In this document: positions 33,420-44,831 of the stretch, piece by piece
Position numbering within the stretch: position 1 is the stretch's first letter
Layout: each line of letters opens with the position of its first letter
Assembly: GCA_963815115.1 (NCBI GenBank)
Contig: CAWFFN010000005.1
Location: 1,344,001-1,408,000 of the forward strand
Reading direction: 5' to 3'
Length of the DNA stretch: 64,000 nucleotides
DNA from: an uncultured delta proteobacterium
Lineage (GTDB): Bacteria; Desulfobacterota; Binatia; DP-6
Notes under the pieces: generated by a model
The model's input: the letters and a program-made list of their open reading frames with translations, nothing else
The model's database searches: none
Told to the model about the DNA's origin: nothing
Translations under genes and position numbers: made by a program

Positions 33420-34965
33420 GTGCACCTCAGCAGGGAATTATCAGGTTTAAACTCGATACAGCGATCGGCTCTGGGCGTCAAGGCCGATAGATGGGGTGAA
33501 GCGGCTGGCGAGGTATGACCGGAAGTTGTGGATCGTGGAGTCCGTGACCCCGGCGGCGTATCCTCCCGCCTGATCGACCGCCGGCCCGTGGTGCGCGGAG
33601 GGAGGGAGGCGGCACGCATGCTGAAGGTCGTCGGCACCGAGACGGCGTAGGACGAGGGAGACGGGCGATCGCTGCTCGACGAGATCGCCCGTGAGGGAGC
33701 CCGCCGGATGCTCGTGGCGGCGCTGGAGACCGAGGTCACCGCGTATCTGGAGGCGCACCGCGAGGAACACGATGCCGAGGGTCACGCCTTGGTCGTCCGC
33801 AATGGCAAGGGTCGCACCCGGAAGGTGACCGTCGGGGCCGGGACGATCCCGGTGAGCGCGCCCCGCGTGAATGATCGGCGGACCGACCAAGACGGCGAGC
33901 GACGCCGATTCACGAGCCGCATCCTGCCGCCGTACATGCGCCGCTCCCCGAAGGTGGCCGAGGTCTTGCCCGTGCTCTACCTGCGGGGCCTCTCCACCGG
34001 CGACTTCCGCGAGGCACTGGCGGCGCTGCTCGGGGACGATGCGGCCGGGTTGTCCGCCACAACATCGCGCGGCTGACCAACGAGTGGGAGGTCGAGTACC
34101 GCGCGTTCCAGAAGCGGAGCCTCGCGGACCGCGACCACGTCTACGTGTGGGTCGATGGCGTCCACTTCAACGTCCGGCTGGAGGACGACCGCCTCTGCAC
34201 GCTCGTGATGATCGGCGTGCGGCCCGACGGGACGAAAGAGCTGATCACGGTCGAGGACGGCTACCGGGAGAGCGCCGAGAGCTGGAAGACCGTGCTCCGG
34301 GACCTGAAGCGCCGAGGCATGCGCCCGCCCGTTGTCGCCGTGGGCGACGGTGCCCTTGGGTTCTGGGCGGCGGTGCGGGACGTGTGGCCGAAGACCCGTG
34401 AGCAGCGGGACTGGTTTCACAAACTCGGCAACATCCTCGACAAACTCCCGAAGCGGCTCCAGCCGCGCGTGAAGGCCGCGCTCCACGAGATGATGTACGC
34501 CGAGACCCGTGACCAGGCGCGCGAAGCCGCGCAGCGGTTCGCCACCGACTAAGGTCCCAAGTATCCGAAGGCCGTCACGACCCTGGAGAAGGACGCCGAC
34601 GTGCTGCTCACGTTCTTCGACTTCCCCGCCGAGCACTGGAAGCACTTGCGGACGTCGAATGTGATCGAGTCGCCGTTCGCGACGGTGCGGCTGCGCCAGC
34701 GCGTGACGAAGGGCGCCGGCTCGCGCACGAAGGGCCTCTTGATGGCCTACAAGCTCCTGGACATGGCGCGGGCCCGATGGCGGCGGCTCGACGGGGCTCA
34801 CCTCCTGCCGCTCGTCGGAGCCGGCATCGTTTTCGTCGACGGGGAGCAGCAGCCACGCCAGGGCAGCAAGACGCGAGCGAGGGCCGCGTGATGGGCAGGT
34901 CCTCCGGATCAGCCCCCACCTCACCTTTCGCCGTTTCGTTGAAGCGGTAGAGGGGAAGTACTCCC

Positions 34966-35445
34966 ATGGTGACATGGCACGAGTTCGTTGTCGCCGAGCC
35001 CGAACTGGCCGAAGCAGGCCGCTCGCTGCTCTTTCAGTTTGGCGTCGGGCTGGCTTTTCTCGCTACCGTGCGAAAAGACGGCGCCCCACGCCTTCATCCC
35101 CTGTGCCCCGTCGTGTCGAACGACCGCCTGTTTGTTCTGATCACTCCGACGTCCCCCAAGCGCTATGACCTGTTGCGGGATGGCAGGTACGCGCTTCAGA
35201 CGTTCCCCCAACCGAAGCCTGGCAGCGACGAGTTCTACATCGCCGGCAAGGCATTCCGCGTTGACGATCCAGCGGCGCGCGCGGGAATACTTCGAGACGC
35301 GAAGCACATGGCGAACGCGGCGGAAATCCCCTTCGAGCTGTGGATTGATCGCGTCATGTTGACGAGGTGGGAAGACGTGCTGACCCCGCAGATGCGCTCC
35401 GTGCACCGGAAGTGGTGCGCACCGAGTGATCCAAGCGTCGTTTAG
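34966..35445 (+). CDS. Pyridoxamine 5'-phosphate oxidase-like (FMN/F420 split barrel) protein
   Basis: FLATVRKDGAPRLHP...SPKRYDLLRDGRYAL. Confidence 0.8.
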   Translation: MVTWHEFVVAEPELAEAGRSLLFQFGVGLAFLATVRKDGAPRLHPLCPVVSNDRLFVLITPTSPKRYDLLRDGRYALQTFPQPKPGSDEFYIAGKAFRVDDPAARAGILRDAKHMANAAEIPFELWIDRVMLTRWEDVLTPQMRSVHRKWCAPSDPSVV

Positions 35446-35448
35446 TCG

Positions 35449-36105
35449 ATGCCGCTGCCACCACATGCCGCTGGTCTCGGGCTCGAGGTGCATACGGGGC
35501 GGGCCGTCGTGGTCATTCTCGTGGGGACGTTCCAGACGCCGGAGATCGTACTCCGCAACGAGATCGACTTGGCCGACCCGTGGATTCGAGAGTCCATGCA
35601 CCCGTACCACCAGGAGCTCGGAGAGAGCGGCTCCGCAGGTGAACAAGCGCGGCGACGCGGCTGCGAGGCGGCCCGAAGGGTATCCCGCCAAGTCATTCGA
35701 GCGTTGGTGAACGAAATGCGACGTCACGGTCTCGAACCATCCACGGCGACCGTCGTCGCTCGGAGTCTTGCCGACCCCGCACGGATAGGCGGCGCGCACG
35801 CGCGAGCGCATGCAGAAGAGCGTAAGCTCTACCGCGAAGCGGTCGAGGCTGCGCTGCGCGGTTGCGGTCTTGAAGTCGTCACTCTTGTCGAGAACACCCT
35901 GCGCGCAGCGGCCACGAAACGACTCGGACGCTGTACGCGAGACCTCAACGCCGCACTCAAAGCGTTCTCGCATACGGTCGGGACGCCGTGGCGGGCACCC
36001 GAAAAGAACGCCGCTCTGGCCGCGTGGCTGGCGCTATCGAGGTCACACGGCCGCACGCACGACGACGCTCCGCCGCACCAACGTCCAAGACGGAGAGAAT
36101 CTTAG
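35449..36105 (+). CDS. Hypothetical protein
   Basis: Coupled ORF; GLEVHTGRAVVV N-terminus and GTPWRAPEK C-terminus. Confidence 0.55.
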   Translation: MPLPPHAAGLGLEVHTGRAVVVILVGTFQTPEIVLRNEIDLADPWIRESMHPYHQELGESGSAGEQARRRGCEAARRVSRQVIRALVNEMRRHGLEPSTATVVARSLADPARIGGAHARAHAEERKLYREAVEAALRGCGLEVVTLVENTLRAAATKRLGRCTRDLNAALKAFSHTVGTPWRAPEKNAALAAWLALSRSHGRTHDDAPPHQRPRRRES

Positions 36106-36293
36106 CTGCAACAGCGTCACCTGTCGCGCTGACGGATTGGCCCCAAGGCTGAGGCTACGCGTGCCGCACCGAGCGACCACGACCCAATCCACACCTTTTG
36201 ACAATTCCTCGCGGCTGGCCTCCACTCGCACGTGGTAGCCTGAGCCCCACAACGCTCAACGCGGTCGATGCCGCAGCGAAGAGGAGGCCAGCC

Positions 36294-37199
36294 GTGGAAC
36301 ATATTGGCATGGACGTGCACAAGCAGGAAACCCAGGTCTGTATCGAGGACGCCACCGGCACCGTCGTGCTCGAGCAACGGATCCGCACGACGCCCGAGCG
36401 GTGCACCGCCCTGCTGGGCGGGCGGCCGCAGGCGCGCATCCTGCTCGAGGCCGCGACCGAGAGTGAGTGGGTGGCCCAGCACCTCGAGACGCTCGGCCAC
36501 GAGGTGATCGTGGCCGCCCCGAACTACGCGGCGATGTACGCGACGCGGTCGCGGCGGGTGAAGACGGACCGCCGGGACGCCCGCACGCTGGCCGACGCGT
36601 GTCGGTTGGGGGCCTATCACCCCGCGCACCGGACGTCGGCCGCGCAGCGCGAGGTCCGCGCGGAGCTCACGGTGCGGGAGGCGCTGGTCCGGACCCGGAC
36701 GCGCTACCTGAGTGTGATCCGGGCGCTGCTGCGGCGCGAGGGGATGCGGGTGCCGAGCGGGGGCGCGGCGGCCTTCGGGCGGCGGCTGGCGGCGGTCACG
36801 CTGCCGCCGGCCCAGCAGGCGCTGATCGCGCCCCTGGTGGCGTTGCTTGAGCCGCTCAACGCCGCGATGGCCGCGGCGGACGCGCGCGGCCTCCGCAAAG
36901 GGGCGCCGGGGCTCAAGCCCGTGCTCATTCAGGGCGCCTGGGCCGCAGTGCGGGGCCGCGAGGGGTACCTGCGCGCCCAGTTCCTCCGCCTCAAGCCGCG
37001 GCGCGGGCCGATGAAGGCCATCGTCGCGGTGGCCGCCTCCATGCTCACCGCCGCCTACTACATCCTGCGCGACGGCCAAGACTATCACGACCTCGGGGCC
37101 GATCACTTCCGGCGCGGCGACCACGCCCGCCTCGTCGCTGGGCTCACCCGCCGCCTGCACCACCTCGGTTATGAGGTTACCCTCCGCCCCGCCGCCTGA
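36294..37199 (+). pseudogene. IS110-family transposase, internally deleted or chimeric
   Basis: HIGMDVH, LEA and KTDRRDA N-terminal half joined directly to the LRKG...KAIVAVA tail; the TIPG/YAGL-SG segment is absent. Confidence 0.8.
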
Positions 37200-37229
37200 G
37201 GTCGCCGGCGGTGCGAGTTACTTGGTAGT

Positions 37230-37415
37230 CCGGGCGTCGTCGGCCAGCAGCCCACGCTCGCGCGCGGTGAAGCGCATCGCTACACCAGCGGCGCGGTGCT
37301 CGCGACACCTTTCGGCACGATGGAAGGCACCTACGAGATGCACACCGAGGGCGGCCGCGTCTTCCAGGCCCGCATCCCCCGCTTCTCGCTCCAGGTGCCC
37401 GGCATCCTCCAGTAG
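37230..37415 (+). pseudogene. apaG: ApaG C-terminal fragment
   Basis: GVVGQQPTL...YTSGAVLATPFGTMEGTY...IPRFSL, starting just after the IS110 end. Confidence 0.8.
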
Positions 37416-37616
37416 CTCGCTCGTGCCAGCTCGCGAGTCGGCGACGCTATCGCACCTGCGATGATTCATCCGGCGGAGCCTCCGGCGACCGACGGACCAA
37501 CCGGTTGCGGCTGATCGATGCGTCAGCGAGCCGTCACGAGCGTCCTCTCCCCTTGACCCGACCGACGATGTAGATAACAACCTGACTTGGTCGGGGGCGA
37601 CAAGGAGGGCGTGATC

Positions 37617-37874
37617 ATGAGAACGCTCGTCGTCGCACTCACCTTCGCCGCGGTGTGCCTTGCCATGCCCGGGCGTACCGCGGCGGGAGGGCTTCCCGAG
37701 GGAAGCCCGTGCATGTTCAACCGCGACTGCCTGTCGGGCAAATGCCGGGGCGGCGCGAACAAGCACTGCCAGGGGCCGGCGCTCCTGCCGGGGGGCTCAC
37801 CGTGCAAGTTCAACGCACAGTGCGCCTCGGGCAAGTGCCGCGGCGGCGCCAACAAGCACTGTCAGGGCGACTGA
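37617..37874 (+). CDS. Small secreted Cys-rich peptide with two tandem 4-Cys domains
   Basis: AGGAGG RBS, signal peptide, and LPxGSPCxFNxxCxSGKCRGGANKHCQG twice. Confidence 0.8.
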   Translation: MRTLVVALTFAAVCLAMPGRTAAGGLPEGSPCMFNRDCLSGKCRGGANKHCQGPALLPGGSPCKFNAQCASGKCRGGANKHCQGD

Positions 37875-37946
37875 TCGCCGGGAACCGGAGCCGGGCCGCC
37901 CGGCTCCGGCGATCCGCTTCGCGTGCTTGCACGCGGGATATGCGCG

Positions 37947-39525
37947 TCACTTGCGCTCGACCTTGATGTCGTGGACCTTGATGAGTTCGTGGAGATACCC
38001 TCGGGTGACGTCGAGCAGCCGCGCGGCCTCCGACACGTTCCCGTTCGTGCGCTCGAGCGTATCCCGAATCACCCTGGCCTGGCACTCCTGCATGGCCTCC
38101 TGGTAGGTCGGGGCTCGATCCGGCGTCGGCGCGCTAGCCGGCGTGCTCGGGAAAAGGTGCCTGCGCTCGACCTGCATGGCGCCCTCGTACCTCGCGCGCT
38201 CCACGGCGACCTCGATTCGGTGCTCGAGCTCGCGCACGTTGCCCGGCCACTTCGCGGTCTCGATCGCGCGCAGGGCGTCTCGTGACAGCTGGCGCGGCGC
38301 GAGCCCCTCAGTGCACCACGCCCGGCGCAGAGGCCTTCCGCCAGATGCCGGATGTCCCTCCCCCGCTCTTCCAGCGGTGGCAGGCGAATGGTGACGACGT
38401 CGAGACGGAAGAGCAGATACTGACGGAACTGTCCCTTCTCGACGGCAGCCTGGAGATCGACATGGCTTCCGGCGATGACCCGGATGTCGGCCTGGACCGG
38501 CGTCGTCTGGCCCAGGGGGTAGTAGCGCTTGCACTGCAGGAGCTGCAGCAACGCCGCCTGCCCGGAGAGGCACAGGCTGTCGATGTCGTCCAGGAAAAGG
38601 GTCCCATGCTCGGCGGCTGCCACGAGACCCGACCTGTCGCGATCGGCTCCGGTGAACGCACCCTTCGTGTAGCCAAAGAGCAGGTTCTCGACCAGGGTCT
38701 CCGTGAGGGTCTTGCAGCTGATCTCCACGAACCGATGCTTCGCGCGCGGGCTGTTCTCGTGGATGACGCATGCGATCTGCGTCTTCCCGGTGCCGCTCTG
38801 TCCCGTCAGGAGCACCGTCTTGGCCGACCGCCCGGCGATGGCGACCTCGCGAAAGACCGCTGCCATCGCCTCGCTGCGACCGATGACGTTGTCGAGCTTG
38901 AGCTGCGCCCGCAGCGCACGCGTCGGGTCGTCACCGTCGTCGAGACGCTCCTGCAGCAGCAGACGGTCGACCACCGGCGCCAGGTGACGCGCCACGAGCT
39001 CGACGCACTCCCGATGGTGCAATGCGAAGGACCCAGCCGACATGCGCCCAGCCAGATACAGCACGCCACGTGGCGGATCGCTGCCGATGGGCGCACAGAG
39101 CGCCGCATCGAGGCGCGCGCGACATACGCTCTCGCGCGCGTTGAAGCGCGGGTCGTCGAGCGCGGACTTCGTGCAGACCGTCTCGCCCGTGGCCAGCGCC
39201 TCGGCGATGATGCCGCGAGAGCGGGTGGCGCGCACGTCGGCGACCTGGTCGGGGGAGAGGGCGTGCGCGATGGACCAGCGCGGCTGTCCCGGCATGTCGT
39301 CGTCGTGCTGCAGCTCGAGGTAGCCCCGCGTGCCCCGGTGATCTCGACCACGAGCGCGAGCGCCTCGCGCAGAAACGGCGGCAGGTCATGCTGCTGCCCG
39401 AGCTCGAGGAGTCGGAGATACAGATCGCGCTCGCGCCGGACGATGCCGTCGGCATCGGTGTCGCATCCCGCGCCCGGAAATCCCTCGAGGCCCGACATCC
39501 CGGTCAATGTGCCTGACATAGACAT
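37947..39525 (-). pseudogene. GAF-sigma54 AAA+-Fis HTH activator with two frameshifts
   Basis: GQSGTGKT, GAFTGA, WPGNVREL and GNVSEAARLL; frame changes near 39325 and 38310. Confidence 0.85.
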
Positions 39526-39705
39526 CCTTTCCTCTTGATTGCGCGCATGAGGAGTAGAGCAGAGCCCACACCGGGACGCAAGAATCGGGGCGGCCGAAAA
39601 ACGCCGTGGAGAGGCACTTCCGCGCGTGAAGTGTCTGGTCGTGCGGACACCGCACGCGCGTTCTGTCCGCCGCGGCGGACGGTCAGGGGTCCTGCGTCGT
39701 GCCGT

Positions 39706-39997
39706 TACTCGACGACGATGCAGCGGACGGCGGGCAAGCCGCGCGCCGCCAGCTCCCAGCTGCCGCCGGCATCCTCGGAGCGGAACATGCGCCCGTCCGC
39801 GGTGCCGAAGACCACACGAGCCCCCTGCGCAGCGAGGCAACCCGTGTCGATGTTGCCGTCGAACCACTCCGGCAGGCCACGGCGACAGCGCTCGAAATCG
39901 TCTTGGCCGTCGAGGCGTCGGCGGTAGATCGCGGCACGTGAGCTGCGGGGGCCCGAGTTCGAAGAGACCCTCTGCGGTGCCGACGAGAACGCTCATG
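39706..39997 (-). pseudogene. BNR/sialidase-like propeller protein, internally deleted
   Basis: VLVGTAEGLF N-terminus fused to FRSEDAGGSW C-terminus. Confidence 0.5.
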
Positions 39998-40322
39998 AGC
40001 GCACGCGATGATGCCCCTGGCCTGAAGCCGAGGGTAGCGAGGTGTCGCCGCAGCGTCCAGCGAGCACCGACTGACTGCGACGCTTCGGTGACTGCCTCGT
40101 CGAGCGGCCGCATCCGGGTCCGGCCGGATCGCGAGCTTCAGGGAAGCAGCTGCTCGACGGGGCTTGCGGCGCGCTTGGAGCAGACGACGAGAGGCAGGTA
40201 GCCCATCGCGAGGTTCCTCGCCCCGAGATCGCTGACGAACGCGAACCCGTGCCCGAACTGAAAGGCGCACTGGGCGATGCCGTATCCCTGATGCAGCCAC
40301 GTGCGAAGGCGAGCGTCTAGAG

Positions 40323-40500
40323 GTGCGCGTGGCGGAGGTCAACGCGGTCAAGCGGTTGCTCCGCGCGGCCGGGCTGGGGCCGCTCAGCACGAGCCTGAGG
40401 ACGACGGCGGCCTGGGAGCGACTGCTGGCGGCCCTCGTCGCCGAGCCCGTTCTGCACGTCACGCAGCACTACACGCTCTGGCGCTGTGCGCAGAACCAGG
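40323..40500 (+). pseudogene. IS1111 transposase internal fragment
   Basis: EVNAVKRLLRAAGL..LSTSLRT, similar to 31360-31430. Confidence 0.7.
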
Positions 40501-40977
40501 TCCCGGCGCCTCGGAGGTATTCGCAATAGTTGTGGATCGGGCTCCGGGGCGACGGGTCGGGGTGAGCTACGGGCCCCCCCTCTGACGCGCCACGCCATAT
40601 CCCCTTCCGTCCGATTCTCGGTCACGGTGTCCGCTTTTCTCGGCGAGGGCAGCACGCAGCATCTCCAAGGCCACACGGTGCTCGGGATCGTCGTGCGACC
40701 GGAGCCCCCTGCTCAGCGACTCCGCCGGCACTACTCGCGTGATACACTGCAGCCCTTCGCAGGCTAACGCCGCCGCGGAGGTTCGAGGGTTCGTGAGGGA
40801 AGACTGCGGGAACATGCAAATTTCGGCTTCCGAGTCGTCGGTGGCGTCGCGCGTTAACCTGCGAGGCCGGTCAGCGTTCGGCGAATTATACGGAACTGCC
40901 CAAATCAAGTTAGCTGGCATGCGGATCGACCATGGCAGGAGGTCCCATGACCGGAGGTTCGTTGGTGCTATTGGCGC

Positions 40978-42900
40978 ATGGATATATGCCCTGAGCTTGT
41001 CCGTGTCCGTCGGGGGCGGATGTCGATCAACGGCTCAGACGTAGCTTGGTACGGTCCGGGGAGAACGGTGGCGCGGTCGGCGTACCGCGGCATGGCCTAT
41101 TCCTCTCGCTACCTGACCATGCGTGACGGGGTGCGGATCGCGACCGACCTCTACTTGCCCGCGGGCCTCAGCGGCAGCGAGCGCCTACCCACCATTCTTC
41201 ATCAGACCCGGTACCATCGCTCGATGGAGCTGCGCTGGCCGTTGCGGCTCTTCCTGGGCGGCAAGCCGTTCGACCACACCGGCCTCTATCGCCGGCGGCG
41301 GCAGCGCTTCGTCACCAGCGGCTACGCGTGGATGGACGTCGATGTGCGCGGTTCGGGGGCGTCGTACGGAACGCGCGTCTGCGAGTGGTCACCGGACGAG
41401 GTTCGTGACGGTGCTGAGATCGTCGACTGGATTGTCCGCCAGCCGTGGTCCAGCGGCCAGGTGGGCGCGATGGGGATCTCGTACGACGGCACCGCGGCGG
41501 AGTTTTTGCTCGTCAACCGGCATCCTGCGGTGAAGGCCATTGCACCGCGGTTCGCGCTCTTCGACGCGTACACCGATATCGCCTTTCCCGGTGGGGTTCA
41601 TGCTACCTGGCTTACCGAGAACTGGGGCCGGAACAATGACGCACTCGACCGGAATGCCCCGCACGAGGTCGCTGGCTGGTGGGTGAAGCTCGTGGTGACG
41701 GGCGTTCAGCCAGTGCAAGACGACCGCCGCCGCTCGCTCCGCGCCGGGGCAATCGGCGCCCATCGTGACAACTACGACGTGCACGCACAGGCGCTCGCGT
41801 TGAACTACCGCGACGACGTGGCACCGACCGATCCATTCCATCACGACCTGGGAGTACGGATGGAGCTGATCGGGACACCGGCCGACGTGTCGGGAAGCAT
41901 CGACCTCTTCAGCCCGCACAACTACCGGCGTGACATCGAGGCGTCGGGCGCCGCCATCTACAGCTACAGCGGCTGGCTTGACGGCGGGTATCCGCACGCG
42001 GCGACCAAACGCTTCCAGAGCATTCATACGCCGGGTAGCCGGCTGATCGTGGGTCCGTGGAACCACGGCGGCGGCTGGAACATCGACCAGGTCCGGGGAC
42101 CGACGAAATCCACCTTCGACCACGACGGCGAGCTCCTGCGCTTCTTCGATCACCACCTGAAGGTCCGCGACTCCGGCATCGCGGGCGAAGCGCCCGTACG
42201 CTACTTTACGATGGTCGAGGGCCGGTGGAAATCGGCCGACACCTGGCCACCTCGAGCCGCGGCGCTTAGCTACTACCTCGGGGCCAACCGGCTCCTCAGC
42301 CCCGACCCGCCCGGCCGAGAGGACGGCGCAGACGAGTACCGGGTAGATCAGACCGCAGGCACCGGCGAGCATTCACGTTGGCGAACACAAGCCGCCATCG
42401 ATGCCGCCGTTCGCTACCCCGATCGCAACCAACAGGACGAGAAGCTGCTCGTCTTCACGTCGGCGCCCCTCAACCAACCGCTCGAGGTAACGGGCCATCC
42501 CGTGATCACCCTGTTCGTCACGTCGAGCGCGAGCGATGGGACCTTCTTCGCCTACCTCGAGGACGTCGATGCACGGGGGCATGTCTCCTACGTCACCGAG
42601 GGCCAGCTCCGCGCGATCCATCGCCGACTCAGCGGCGAGATGCCTCCGTATCAACAGGCGGTTCCGTACCGAACCTTCAAGCACGGTGATGCGCTACCGC
42701 TCGTGCGTGGTGAGGTCGCCGACCTCGTGTTCGACCTGCTGCCGACGTCGTATCTGTTCCAACCCGGGCACCGCATCCGTGTCGCCATCGCCGGGGCCGA
42801 CGCGAGCCACTTCGGCCTCCTCCCCGGCGGGCCCCCGACGGTGGCCGTACACCGTAGCCGACTGCATGCCTCACGCATCGATCTGCCGGTCGTGCGTTAG
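40978..42900 (+). CDS. CocE/NonD family serine hydrolase (peptidase S15/PepX-like)
   Basis: [24 protein letters not shown] nucleophile, GPWNH; the start may be 41020. Confidence 0.9.
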   Translation: MDICPELVRVRRGRMSINGSDVAWYGPGRTVARSAYRGMAYSSRYLTMRDGVRIATDLYLPAGLSGSERLPTILHQTRYHRSMELRWPLRLFLGGKPFDHTGLYRRRRQRFVTSGYAWMDVDVRGSGASYGTRVCEWSPDEVRDGAEIVDWIVRQPWSSGQVGAMGISYDGTAAEFLLVNRHPAVKAIAPRFALFDAYTDIAFPGGVHATWLTENWGRNNDALDRNAPHEVAGWWVKLVVTGVQPVQDDRRRSLRAGAIGAHRDNYDVHAQALALNYRDDVAPTDPFHHDLGVRMELIGTPADVSGSIDLFSPHNYRRDIEASGAAIYSYSGWLDGGYPHAATKRFQSIHTPGSRLIVGPWNHGGGWNIDQVRGPTKSTFDHDGELLRFFDHHLKVRDSGIAGEAPVRYFTMVEGRWKSADTWPPRAAALSYYLGANRLLSPDPPGREDGADEYRVDQTAGTGEHSRWRTQAAIDAAVRYPDRNQQDEKLLVFTSAPLNQPLEVTGHPVITLFVTSSASDGTFFAYLEDVDARGHVSYVTEGQLRAIHRRLSGEMPPYQQAVPYRTFKHGDALPLVRGEVADLVFDLLPTSYLFQPGHRIRVAIAGADASHFGLLPGGPPTVAVHRSRLHASRIDLPVVR

Positions 42901-43121
42901 GTGGCCACCAAATTGTCGTTGGACACTGCTGTGATGCGATGACTCGGAGACGACGATGCACTTCGAGCTGGTCAGCGAGATCACGGCAGTTGTCACGGTA
43001 GAGTACTCGTAAGTCCATGCTCAAGCGCAATATTCTTTGCCCATTTGAGCTGGTTCCCCTCCTGGACTGGACAGGGTACAGGACCCGAGTCTCCCATCGG
43101 AGGTGACGCGAAGGGCCATGG

Positions 43122-43213
43122 GCCGATAGGACGCAAGAAGGGGGCATTCGCCCTTCGCGCCTACCAGCCATCTGCCCCAGGCGCGTCTACTAGCCGCCGC
43201 CCTGCCGTAACGA
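43122..43213 (+). repeat. Highly diverged 90-bp element copy (ends conserved)
   Basis: GCCGATAGG-N6-GAAGGGGG...GCCGTAAC at about the same spacing. Confidence 0.55.
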
Positions 43214-43250
43214 CGCGAATTGACGGATACAAGCGCGAGCGTTGCTCATT

Positions 43251-43325
43251 GGGCGCCGTCTCGGCTGACCCCGTGGTCCACGCGAACCGTATCGCGGCGG
43301 AGGGCAGCCCGTCTTCATTGCTACG
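43251..43325 (-). mobile_element. Solo left end of the IS1111 element
   Basis: The reverse complement nearly matches 30845-30919. Confidence 0.85.
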
Positions 43326-43463
43326 GCTGTCTGCCGTAACCAGGTCGGCACGAGCACGTAGCGGGGCGTTGGTTGATTTTCGACACCGCCCTCGCTGATG
43401 GCATGACGTAACGCGCATCGGCGTAGTCGTCGCGCGAGGGGGTGCCGGCGCGGGTCAGCGCTG

Positions 43464-44831
43464 TCACGGGCAGGGCGGGCGCGGGATGGCGATGTCGCAG
43501 AGCAGGCCGTGATCGAGGAAGCGCAGGGTGGTGACGCTGCCGGCGATCTCGTAGGCGAGCGCCTCTTTGATGAGCCGCATGCCGAAGCCGAGGCGGCCCT
43601 TGGCGCCGATCGGCGGGCCGTCGTGCTCGGCCCAGCAGATGAGCAGGCGCGAGCCGCCGCCGTCGTCGCTCCGCGACGAAATGGCGACCCGCCCCTGCCG
43701 GCTGGAAAGCGCGCCGTACTTGACGGCGTTGGTGGCGAGCTCGTGTAGCGTCATGCCGAGGACACGGACCAGCTCCGGCCAGACGAAGCTGCCGCCGCAG
43801 TCGACCGAGATGCTGCCGGGGTAATGGCGATAGGGGCCAACGACGAGCTCGACCAGCTCGGTGAGCATCATGCCCTCCCAGCGCCTCGCCGCCAGAGCGC
43901 CGTGGATGCGGGCCAGCGCGTGGAGGCGGCCGAAGAAGGCATCGGAGAACGCCGCCATTGAGGTCGTCGAGCGAAGCGTCTGCTCAGCGACCGATTGCAC
44001 GGTGGCGAGCGCGTTCTTGACCCGGTGATCGAGCTCGCGCATGGCGAAGCGCAGCGCCGCCTCAGTCTCGTGATGCTTCTCAATCTCCCGTTCGGCCCGG
44101 CGGTTGGCCTCGCGCAGCGCCACCTCGGTCTTGCGGTGCTGCTCGACGATGCGCTCGAGGTTGGCGTTCACCTGCGCCAGGTGCTCGTGCGCGTCGCGCC
44201 ACTGGGACATGATGTATTGCACGATGCCGAGCAGGGCGAGCGTCGCCGCCACGCTCGCGGCCGTAGCTCCGATCAGGTGGGGCAGCGCGATCCGCCCGTC
44301 GGCGATCGGGGCCGCCGACATCATGGGCGCGTACGGGACCGCTCCGAGCCCGACGGCCACCATGCTCGCGACGACGAGGCAGAGGCCGAAGGCGATTCCG
44401 CCGAGAGCCATCGCCTGCGGCAGGAGCAAGAGCTGGCAGACGACACCGACGATGATCGCGATCCACGCCGGGCTGGTGATCGGGCCGAGCCCATAGGCGA
44501 TCCCTGCGGCGCCGACCCACCACGAGAGAGTCCCGACCAGCGCGTAGAGTGTGTGGGGACCCGGGCGCCGGCGCTCGAGCGAGCCGAGGGCCAGGAACGC
44601 GATCCAGAACGCGACCAGCCCGGCGATCCCGTCGCGCATGACCACCAGCCAGGCGCGCGAGAAGTACGGCTCGATCTCGGGATGCGTGATCAGGTACGCG
44701 GAGCGCAGCGCGTAGCCGACGTAGAAGGGCAGCGTCAGCAGAATCATCACCCGACAGCGCTCGATGACGCTCCACTCGAGAGGATTGCCGACGCCCTGCG
44801 ACGGGCGCCGCTCGCTGGACCGGGGGGGCAC
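43464..44831 (-). CDS. Membrane-bound HWE-family histidine kinase
   Basis: Multiple TM helices; ELDHRVKNAL, HELATNAVKYGALS, W-E-GP and GFG motifs. Confidence 0.9.
   Translation of the reverse strand: MPPRSSERRPSQGVGNPLEWSVIERCRVMILLTLPFYVGYALRSAYLITHPEIEPYFSRAWLVVMRDGIAGLVAFWIAFLALGSLERRRPGPHTLYALVGTLSWWVGAAGIAYGLGPITSPAWIAIIVGVVCQLLLLPQAMALGGIAFGLCLVVASMVAVGLGAVPYAPMMSAAPIADGRIALPHLIGATAASVAATLALLGIVQYIMSQWRDAHEHLAQVNANLERIVEQHRKTEVALREANRRAEREIEKHHETEAALRFAMRELDHRVKNALATVQSVAEQTLRSTTSMAAFSDAFFGRLHALARIHGALAARRWEGMMLTELVELVVGPYRHYPGSISVDCGGSFVWPELVRVLGMTLHELATNAVKYGALSSRQGRVAISSRSDDGGGSRLLICWAEHDGPPIGAKGRLGFGMRLIKEALAYEIAGSVTTLRFLDHGLLCDIAIPRPPCP

Larger units (their letters stand above)
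33510..36210 (+). mobile_element. IS256-family element with degraded transposase (33618-34891) and two passenger genes
   Basis: Imperfect IRs GAGGTATGACCGGAAGTTGTGGAT / ATCCACACCTTTTGACAATTCCTC; 9-bp TSD GCGGCTGGC (33501-33509, 36211-36219); WVDG, VGDGALGFW and TSNVIES motifs, with internal stops and a frameshift. Confidence 0.85.

Noticed and set aside
40765-40915. GGCTAAC...GTTAGCT as an attC site before the CocE gene
   Set aside because: No pairing L boxes or stem were seen between the ends.
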